Source: Oopsacas minuta (taxonomy: Eukaryota; Animalia; Porifera). From it: DNA of 64,000 nt. Numbering within the stretch: position 1 is the first letter of the stretch; every line of letters starts with the position of its first letter. A model generated the notes under the pieces. It made no database searches. It was not told the DNA's origin and worked only from the letters and a program-made list of their open reading frames with translations. A program made the translations under genes and the position numbers. Below, one piece after another: positions 12,613 through 21,999 of this stretch. The DNA lies in NCBI GenBank assembly GCA_024704765.1, contig JAKMXF010000111.1:310001-374000 (forward strand), read 5' to 3'.

Positions 12613-12771
12613 AAACTACTCACCTTTAGGTAGAATTAAAACAATAAATATTTAGAAATATCTTTAGTAGAATAAAATATAATAAAAGTAACAGAAATAT
12701 ATAAAATCAGAATAATATCAAGTTATATGATTACTGATATACATATAGTAATGTGATACTACTGCATTCTC
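12613..12771 (-). repeat. About 170-bp repeat, copy 3 of 3, abutting the stop codon of NHL copy 4
   Basis: Homologous to copies 1 and 2; donor-like AAAG|GTGAGT at 12623. Confidence 0.85.
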
Positions 12772-13623
12772 TCAAAATATCTGTAGACAGTTCACAGCAC
12801 GATTACACACTACTATAACTCTATCATGATTGTCTACTGTTACTGCTGTTGGATGCTCAGAGACTGGAATATTATGAATTGATTGGAATTCAGGATTGAA
12901 GATAGAAATAGAATTAGAACCATGATCAGCAATTAGAATGTTGTTAGAATTGTCAATAAAGAATGAGAAGGGAGTAATGACTCGAAATCCTTGTCCTCGT
13001 GAAATTACACTATTCAGGAGTATGTGGTTATAATTGAATAGATGGATACAAGGATTAGATATATCTAGAACATAAATGTATTCTTTAGATAGTTTAAGAT
13101 CATGAGGGTATTTGAATGAACCGAATTGGGATTTGAATTGGAAATCCTTTGAGAGTATTTGAACTCGACAGTTAGAATAATCACAAATGTAAATATCATC
13201 ATTAGATTCATTGATTGCTATACCCTTAGGAAAGATGAATTCTAATTCTCCCTTTCCCTGTTTACCAATTCTAGAAATAAATTCACCATCAAGATTATAC
13301 TTCAGTATACTGTGGCTATGAGTAATTAGAATCCTACTCTTATAAATAACTAAGCTTCTTGGATAGGACATCTTTCCTTCACCACCTATGTCACCAAATT
13401 TGAACATATACTTAGCAGTGCTGTCAAATACTTTAACACTGTGATTGTAACAATCTGCTATATATATATTTCCAGTTATTTTGTCAACTGTAACACAAAA
13501 TGGACAGTCAAGTTCATCATTTCCTTTTCCTCTCTTACTAGCACACACTAGAGGTTGTATCTTCCTAGTGTAATCAATTCCAGTTTTCACTTTCTCTGTT
13601 TCAATATTAATAGCTGCGGCCAT
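12772..13623 (-). CDS. NHL-repeat protein, NHL-only, copy 4
   Basis: 283-aa intronless ORF; about 140 bp of upstream sequence (13624-13770) is shared with copy 3 (11321-11468). Confidence 0.9.
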   Translation of the reverse strand: MAAAINIETEKVKTGIDYTRKIQPLVCASKRGKGNDELDCPFCVTVDKITGNIYIADCYNHSVKVFDSTAKYMFKFGDIGGEGKMSYPRSLVIYKSRILITHSHSILKYNLDGEFISRIGKQGKGELEFIFPKGIAINESNDDIYICDYSNCRVQILSKDFQFKSQFGSFKYPHDLKLSKEYIYVLDISNPCIHLFNYNHILLNSVISRGQGFRVITPFSFFIDNSNNILIADHGSNSISIFNPEFQSIHNIPVSEHPTAVTVDNHDRVIVVCNRAVNCLQIF

Positions 13624-14417
13624 AGTTGCTAAAATAATAGAAAGAGTTAGTTTACCTGAAATGAGCTAAGATTGTAGAATACTATAGTAGCAGGAGATGT
13701 ATACACATGTGGGTGTATAGAATGTTTGATTTCAGAATTTGTATACAGGTGGCATAATGTCTCAAAATGGTTAGTTGCCTCATTCAGATAGTGCAGGTAT
13801 GTTTATTAGGACTCATGAGATTTTTGGCATCAGAGTGTGTTCGCCGAAATAACTCCCTTCGATAATATATCCGGATCCTGTCAGATCAATCCTGAAATTG
13901 ATCCCAACTGTCAATTTCTGATCATTTTATATTCTACATGGTTTATTCCGAGAATTTTACCTCATGAATGTCACGGACTTCTTAAATACAGACTTTCTAC
14001 TTCGTTTTACGATGTTGTTAGCGTAGGCAGAATACAGTATACATAGTATACTTCTTGATCGCCCGTATTCCACTAATGCAAGACATTGAAAATGTATTAT
14101 TATTGTATAGAAAGACACAATGATATTACAAAATTTGTGATACAAAATCTTGATAAGGGAAGATGTGTATAAGAGACATACAGAATTTGTGTGTCGTTGT
14201 GGATATTGAGATATGATCGACACTAATTACTAAATGAGAGAAAAGCCCAACCAAGATTAAGCTACCCAATAAATATCAGCTAACTGGAAAATTGGCTAAG
14301 GTATAATCTATATTTTAAAATCTCAATTGTTGTCTGTCTGTTTGAAATATATCGAATTTACAGAATCACATTTTCACACTTTTGAATTTATCAAAGTAAA
14401 TTTACTTGTTTTTATAA

Positions 14418-14672
14418 TAAACAATATAGTAAACAAATATAGTAAACAATATAGTAAACAAATATAGTAAACAAATATAGTAAACAAATATAGTAAACAA
14501 ACAGTGTAGTAAACAAATATAGTAAACAAATATAGTAAACAAATATAGTAAACAAATATAGCAAACAAATATAGTAAACAAAGATAGTAACCAAATATAG
14601 TAAACAGTGCAGTAAACAAATATAGTAAACAAATATAGTAAACAAATATAGTAAACAAATATAGTAAACAAA
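14418..14672. repeat. 13-bp minisatellite (AGTAAACAAATAT)n, about 19 units
   Basis: Direct tandem periodicity of 13 with a few variant units; explains the three spurious ORFs at 14374-14723. Confidence 0.95.
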
Positions 14673-14770
14673 TTCGTCAAATTTCAAAATATGAATAAAA
14701 GATTTCTCTAAACAGGTTAACACAGTACACTGTACATATGTAAATTTATTGTTGTTTTTATGAATATATA

Positions 14771-15209
14771 CAGTCGACTCCGGTTAATCGGACCACTTTT
14801 GTCCAGAGTAAAATGGTCCGATTAACCGAAAAATCTTATTATCAATAATTTATTGCTAGATAAATATTTCTAGTCAATGGTAATCCTATTGCTAATTGAA
14901 AAAAGAAGTAATAGATTGTTGCTTAAGTCCTTGGCATAGATAATTATTCAGCACGTTGCCGCTGACTTATACCTGGAGGCTGTAATGCAACATCGTCTAG
15001 TAATTTAATCTTTTGTGCAAGTGTCAAATCAGTCTTTGGGCCATAAAATAATAATATAACCTAAATTATATACAAACCTAATCAAATTTTTTTGATGAAT
15101 ATATTCACTTCAAAAAAAATAATGGTCCGATTAACCGATAAATGTTAAATATTAATCCTGGATTAGATTGCGTCCAGGAGAAAATGGTCCGATTAACCGG
15201 AGTCGGCTG
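14771..15209 (-). mobile_element. pogo/Tigger-type internally deleted element
   Basis: TIRs CAGTCGACTCCGGTTAATCGGACCA / TGGTCCGATTAACCGGAGTCGGCTG, TA flanks; internal minus-strand remnant PKTDLTLAQKIKLLDD...SQRQRAE resembles the CENP-B/Tigger N-terminal HTH. Confidence 0.9.
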
Positions 15210-15555
15210 TAGTAAACAAATAGTTGAAATCTCGAATTATACTCTCAACAAATATATAGTTTTCAACTATGTCAACTATGTATTGTGAATATTTGTTGTT
15301 TTAGGTGTATGAAGTAAACAATTTCCTAATTAATCCTACAAACTTGCGTTTAACCGTTATACTGAGGAAAATCATTTACGCTGATTACAAATATGAATTT
15401 ATCACCAACGTACTGTGAATATGTATTACTTTTATGCTTGCTCAATTCGGGGCACGAAGTGCCGAGCCCCATGTGAACATAAAGTGTTCGCAAGCCGCGA
15501 AGCGCGTTAGTTATTTATTATAATTTATTATATCATAATATATTATATACTAAAT

Positions 15556-16200
15556 CAGTATTTCCCAACCTTTACCAATATAACGCCCCTTATCGACTTA
15601 ATACTTACAGAACGCCCCCTACTTAATACTTTATTGAATCAGATTTTAATTAGTGAATACATGGAATTATAAATGATAGACTGATAGAGTATCTAGGGAC
15701 TAATCTAGTTATACGTTGGAACATGTGATCCCTGACTTTGGTGGCTCTTTGCTAGTTTGAATTCATCCGGTTCTAACTGCGTAGGTGAAGCGATGAAAAC
15801 AAACTTCAGATAATCTATGAAGTATTGACGGCATTTTTTCTTGGGGTTTTCAGCCATGATTGGATATGCAAGAAAAAAACGTGTCTACTATTGAGGTAAT
15901 TAATGAAATGACATGGTATGATCACTTTTTATAACTTCTTTGTTAAGAAGCCGACTGAACTATTAATTCAAAACAAAGAAAATATACCATTGAAGGCATT
16001 GATTGATTGTAAATGGTGAATACTTAGCTCTTCTTGTGGGCAACGCGTTAGAATTGTCATTATGAGTAAAGTGCACAACATAATAATGATACAATAGTTT
16101 TCGCAAAATTTACAGATGTTAGAATAAACCTTCATCCAACGACTCATTATCTTCTCAGCACCCCCCTGAGGCAAGCAAACGCCCCCGTTGGGAACCACTG
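15556..16200. mobile_element. hAT-superfamily MITE (645 bp)
   Basis: Ends CAGTATTTCCCAAC / GTTGGGAACCACTG; perfect 8-bp target-site duplication TACTAAAT (15548-15555, 16201-16208). Confidence 0.9.
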
Positions 16201-17341
16201 TACTAAATGGATGTCCATTAGCCAATAATTTCACGCTTGAGTATAACCCGTATATACACTATGCAGTTAGAGTCGCTTATCGTAACCACCTCGGGACAAA
16301 TAATGTTATCCATAATAAAGATACTTCATATATAGCGAAATTATTTGGTAGAATTTAGAGATTCGAAAACCCACAATAATTATCTTTGGCCCAATTTGGA
16401 TTCTACCTCAAGAACTTTCTCGGATTAATGTCCAAGCTTCCAGGGGATGTTGTCCGGATGTGTACTACCTCCTGATTTGATTGGGTTTTTCTCGAATGCG
16501 TCTATTTTATTATCAAACTTTTAGATACTGATATAGGGCTCTCAACCTGGAAACTGTAAAAATCTATAAATTTGTGAAAAATCCCACGATTTCATCTTGA
16601 GACTCATAATTCAATATTTGTTTTCTTTGAAAAGGCAGGGATTTTATTGTACTTGCAGACGCTAAATCGTGTGACATACGACGAGATCGTGTGAGTTGAG
16701 TGCCCTGACTGATACCCTATTATCAGATCTTGACTCTCCAAAGGTTCATCTTCCACCAATTTATTTATTTCCTACTTAGATTTACGAAAATTGTGGGTGA
16801 CTAAATCTGCATTGAATTTCATCCCCTGGACCAATTTATAGGTGGTCAAAACTTTCGTGACAGGCTCAAGTTTATGATCGTATGCAACTATGTATGTATT
16901 ATACTTCCCGGAATTTGTACCAGTTACATTCTGCTCTAGGAGGGACAGAAATTACAAGGTAGGAGCATGCCCAGTGGTGGATCCCTGAATTTCTGGGAGG
17001 ATAAATCATATATACACAGCTCGGGGTCTGGGGCGCGCTTTAAGTTTCAGTTTAAGATAAAACTAAGTATAAGTTTTCACATAATTATGTCTGCTATGAA
17101 GTCTTTGTATTACGAACACAATTTTTGATCCCTGAATGTTTATAATACGATAACCTGGCTGTTATAGGTGCTCCTCAATCCCTAATATGGGGTATTGCAC
17201 CGATTATCGAGGCCGAATTCAATTGTATGTGACCAACCCAGATATTTGATTGGTTGTCCTGTTTTGGGAGGTGCCCGTTTAGAGAATGCCCCGATTATCG
17301 AGTGTCTACTGTAACTGTAACACATATTTTCCAATAATTAG

Positions 17342-19033
17342 ATGGCATCCAAGAGTGAAGCCCCTGAACCTAAGTCCCCACCAGGAGCAGGGAAGGATTC
17401 AAGTCGATTCAAAGAGGGACCACCTTTATACGCATCAGTCTCAAAAGGTTCCGACACAGACGGAAATGGCACAAAACAAAAACCATTCAAAACAGTATTA
17501 CATTGCCTGTTGTCAATAGATATAGAACAGTGTCCTGAAATATACGTAGATGGTAGGGAGAAAGCTGAATGGGATCTTATTAGCAAGAATGCATTCAAAA
17601 ATGTAATGAAAGCATATCGTAAGGCAAAACTAGAGGCAGAACCTAAAGCTAAACCGACGACAGCTCTTCCGCAAAAACAATCAGATATTTATATAAAGAT
17701 GGACCCCACCTTACCTCCAGCAATAAGTGTAAAGATTAGAGGTACGAGTAAATGTATTGGGAAGAGAATTAAGGTACAGGGCTGGGTAGATAGCAAGAGA
17801 CAACAGGGAAAAAATATGATATTCGTTATTCTACGTGATGGAAGCGGATTTTTACAATGTCTACTAATCGGCAATCAGTGTCTCACACCAGAAGCTTTGG
17901 CACTCTCATTAGAATCAACTGTGAGTATTTGGGGAGAAGTTGGTTATGTAAAGGAGGGACAATCAGCTCCTGGGGGATTGGAGGTTGTAGCAGATTATTG
18001 GGAGTTAGTCGGTAGTTCTCCCAGTGGTGGGACTGAGGCTATTGTGAATGAAACTTCTAAAGTAGAGCTTCAATTGGATCAAAGACATTTGATGCTACGC
18101 ACTGAACCATTAGCAAATACATTCCGTTTACGTTCAGGTATTACACAATGTTTTCGTGAACATTATTTCGCTAAAGGCTACGTCGAAGTAACTCCACCCA
18201 CTCTAGTACAGACTCAGGTTGAAGGCGGTTCTACTCTATTCAAACTTAATTATTTCGGGCAGCCTGCCTATCTGACGCAATCTTCTCAATTATACTTAGA
18301 AACAGTTATACCATCACTCGGTGATGTATTCTGTATTTCCCAATCCTACCGAGCTGAAGGATCACATACACGTAGACATTTATCTGAGTATACACATATT
18401 GAGGGGGAGTGTCCTTTCGTTACGTTTGATGAGCTACTCGATTCTCTTGAAGACATTATTGTGGATGTCGCACAACGGGTAATGGATTCATCATTTGGGA
18501 AACTTTTACGTGAGGTAAATCCTAAATTTGTTGTACCGAAACGTCCATTTAAACGTATAACCTATGCAGATGCTATCAAGTACCTCCGTGAGCATGATAT
18601 AAAGAAGGATGACGACACATACTACGAGTATGGAGAAGATATACCGGAGAAACCTGAACGCACTATGACCGATCAGATAGACTCGCCAGTTATGCTAATC
18701 CGCTTCCCAGTCAATATTAAATCTTTCTACATGGCTAAATGTGCTGATAACCCAGATGAAACAGAATCAGTTGATGTTCTATTACCTGGTGTGGGTGAAG
18801 TGATTGGAGGGAGTATGCGCTCTAGTAAATACGATGAGTTATTAGAGGGTTTCAAGCGTGAAGGAATTGATCCTAAACCGTATTACTGGTATTTAGATCA
18901 GAGGAAGTTCGGTACTTGTCCTCACGGTGGCTACGGCTTGGGTTTGGATCGGTTTTTGACATGGATACTAGGAAAATTTCACATACGTGAAGTAGTATTG
19001 TATCCTCGGCTAACAGATAGGTGTACTCCCTGA
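17342..19033 (+). CDS. NARS1: Asparagine--tRNA ligase, cytoplasmic; intronless
   Basis: 563 aa. Eukaryotic N-terminal extension (GSDTDGNGTKQKPFKT), OB-fold (GWVDSKRQQGKNMIFVILRDGSG), class II motifs (PPTLVQTQVEGGSTLF; YLTQSSQLYLE; SYRAEGSHTRRHLSEYTHIEGE; PHGGYGLGLDRFLTW). Confidence 0.97.
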   Translation: MASKSEAPEPKSPPGAGKDSSRFKEGPPLYASVSKGSDTDGNGTKQKPFKTVLHCLLSIDIEQCPEIYVDGREKAEWDLISKNAFKNVMKAYRKAKLEAEPKAKPTTALPQKQSDIYIKMDPTLPPAISVKIRGTSKCIGKRIKVQGWVDSKRQQGKNMIFVILRDGSGFLQCLLIGNQCLTPEALALSLESTVSIWGEVGYVKEGQSAPGGLEVVADYWELVGSSPSGGTEAIVNETSKVELQLDQRHLMLRTEPLANTFRLRSGITQCFREHYFAKGYVEVTPPTLVQTQVEGGSTLFKLNYFGQPAYLTQSSQLYLETVIPSLGDVFCISQSYRAEGSHTRRHLSEYTHIEGECPFVTFDELLDSLEDIIVDVAQRVMDSSFGKLLREVNPKFVVPKRPFKRITYADAIKYLREHDIKKDDDTYYEYGEDIPEKPERTMTDQIDSPVMLIRFPVNIKSFYMAKCADNPDETESVDVLLPGVGEVIGGSMRSSKYDELLEGFKREGIDPKPYYWYLDQRKFGTCPHGGYGLGLDRFLTWILGKFHIREVVLYPRLTDRCTP

Positions 19034-20054
19034 TGAAGAGATTCATGATAGATTGGAATTATTTAGGTTATTTTTCTTATTCAATTTCTTAGAGTTAAGA
19101 AATCTTCATAGAATTGCATCATTACTTTTGCTCATAGAATCTGTATTAGACAAATCACATAACGATATTAGTACTATTGTTTTATTCAAGGTTGGCTAGT
19201 TTAACCCACCCCCCGGTTTAAACCATGGATAAAACCCTATTTTATAGACAAAACTGGTTATTTCACTGTGCTAACCTCATTTAGTTGGATAAACTACCTG
19301 ATCTGTTCTGAGACTCTAATTTAGGATTGTCAGGCTATAATTTGATTAATCAAACTATAGAAGTATATTTCCCTTTTTTGGAAACTCAATTTTGATATTA
19401 TTTAAAACATATTTATTTGTAATGAGTGCTAAAATTCATACTAATTAACGTCTGGTTTTAAGTCAATTGTACGATTACAGATCATTATTTATGAAGACTT
19501 AGAATATTTACTGTGTTTACAATTTAACCCGGGGTAAACTCCAGCCCTGGTTTTATTTAAAGTGAAGTGAGATCATGGATTGAGATTGGGGCTATGGGGT
19601 TGCATAAACTCTGAGCTTCCACATTAATTTTCCAAGGCTACCATGTTCCATGTAATATGATAAATTTGGCAATTGCAAATCAAATCGCCATTTTCAATTT
19701 CTTTCTGGACTAGGGGATGAGGCGATGGGAGCCTAAGAGTCTAAGACATAGGCTTGCATCCTTACGGGGCCGGCTCGTCAGTTTCTAAGGCGATGGGGCC
19801 AGAGTAACCTGTCTCGTCTGCTTTTGGGCCATCATACTTCGAACCCTTTCTGTCAGAGTTGGGATCAATTATACAATTTGCATATTTGAAATTAATATAT
19901 AGTAGAACTACTCAGTAGCGTATGGGCCGGGGACTAGGAGGACTGCAGCCACCCAGCTTTGAAAAAATCGGGAAAGTATCGAATTTAATTCAATTGCAAA
20001 TATACCTTTATTAAATACACCTATACAGGTAATAAGCTACTAATATTAAGCCAT

Positions 20055-20678
20055 AGCATTCTAATACGGTAAGGCAATGCCACGGGCTATTTTCAGGACC
20101 AGGGATTGGTTAATCGAGCCCTGAATTATTATGCGGAGTATATATTTCAGAAACAGTACACTTTTGGCCGAATAAATGCATTACCTACTTGTAGAAATAC
20201 ATGTAGTCATTCCATAAAAGCAAAATTTTTGTCACAAGAAGCCAAATATTGCTTACTTCGCATTAATTTGGTGAAATTGCTCAAAGTCTTTCCATATTTC
20301 CAACCATGTAGAACGTTAAATATTGATATTTGATAAAAATGTTGAAATACGAAAATGATCTAAAACCCGTCTCTATACAACGAATAAAATTGTCATAAGA
20401 AAGTTGGCGAGTTTCTGAGTTATAGGACAGACCATGGATTGCATATGTTTTGTCAATATCCACTTATACCTGGATAATTGTGGAAACTATTGTAAAGTCT
20501 GGATAACCTTTTATGGAATGACGTCATGTATTTCTACAAGTATATATAATACATTCATTAGGCCAAAAAGTGCACAGTTTCTGAAATATTTACTCCAGTA
20601 TAATAAAGCTGGCTCGGTTAACCAATCCCTGATCCTGAGAATATATTCCGTGCAATTGCCTTATCGTATTAGAATGCT
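20055..20678. repeat. Long imperfect inverted repeat (arms 20055-20220 and 20508-20678, about 290-bp spacer)
   Basis: Reverse complement of the left arm aligns to the right arm at roughly 80% identity over about 165 bp; no TSD found. Confidence 0.8.
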
Positions 20679-21220
20679 GGTAGGTGAATTTCCTGTTAAA
20701 TATTCTGTTTTGTTATTTCGAATATTGTTAGTACCCCACATACTAGTTTTATTATTTTTGACTTCATTGGAAAGCTCCCAGGAGATTGAAAGCCATTTAC
20801 GATGCACGATGCGTCAAGATCGCCTAAGTCATTTATCTTAGATTTGTATCGAACGGGAATATTCCGTTCAGCACGAATCCAAGAGAGATTGCAATTTCTC
20901 ATCTCTAATAGTAAAAGATGTGCACACATACAACAGTCGCTTTTTCTTTCATTAATTCGTTACAATGTCATGTCAATCACCAATAGCGACTCACTTGTTT
21001 TGTCAAGGAATATATTCCAATTTTGTCATTGATAATATTAAAAAAATTTTTAATAATGGTCACAAAAGAATTTCAAAATGACATCTTTGAAATTTTGATC
21101 AAAGTTCAATATTAATTCGATCAGAATTCTGCATTGTTCAAGTAGTATTTTGATCGAATTTGGCATTTTTCATCATTCGATCAAAATGTACAGGTCAAGC
21201 TGTCAAACACTACGCTTAAC

Positions 21221-21809
21221 CAGGGCCGTAGCTAGGGGGCTCTGAGCCCCCACTGGAAAAATCTGAGCCCCCCTAGCAAATCTAACCACCCCGTAAATTT
21301 TTGCTAAGCTATATTGATCGTTACTATCTTAGATCTTAAATATTCGTTAAATCAAGGCAATCTTTGTGAATATGTCAAATTGACTATACATTTTAGTTAT
21401 CTAATTCCTCTTGCTAGTAAACATACTTAATTTTATGGATGCTTTTACAGCAACCATTGAAATTATATTTTTTGTTTATATATGACCACAACATATATTC
21501 CTTCCAGTTTGACTACATTTTATGTGCGAATAGTGAAATCATTCCTCATGGCTATAATCACCATACATAGAAACACGTAGTCCTTTGATTTTTAATATGA
21601 TCAAGAAACCTCCTTTTATATTTTCTTATAATGCAAATAATTTAGTTGTCTGAAAATTTATGAACTAAGTAATTTTACCTTCCCCCAAAGTAGCTTGGGA
21701 GTTTGGGTATGGGCCTACCCCAAAAAATTGATATACAAATCTTAAGTATCCAAGCCCCCCCTAAAGTTTACTCAGCCCCTTCTAACACTACGCTCTGGCT
21801 ACGGCCCTG
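21221..21809. mobile_element. hAT-superfamily MITE (589 bp)
   Basis: 12-bp perfect TIR CAGGGCCGTAGC / GCTACGGCCCTG; perfect 8-bp TSD CGCTTAAC. Confidence 0.92.
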
Positions 21810-21999
21810 CGCTTAACTCTGTTATGGAAGAATTATGACAGTATTGTAATATCTACATTTATACAAATACAAAACTCGATAAATTACGCATATAATATAC
21901 TAAATCTGTATATATCCTCTCTAAATCTTGATATATACATATAACTAGTAGCTAACTCTAAAACAAACTATCATAGCACACACCATTTCCTATTTGAGA

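Noticed and set aside
13790-14223. Decayed minus-strand frame containing GSYFGE (cyclic-nucleotide-binding-like)
   Set aside because: One short motif, multiple stops, and no RTA or other supporting motif.
14374-14723. Three overlapping hydrophobic ORFs, and the array as a possible CRISPR
   Set aside because: Translations of a stop-free strand of the 13-bp minisatellite; no unique spacers and no cas genes; eukaryotic context.
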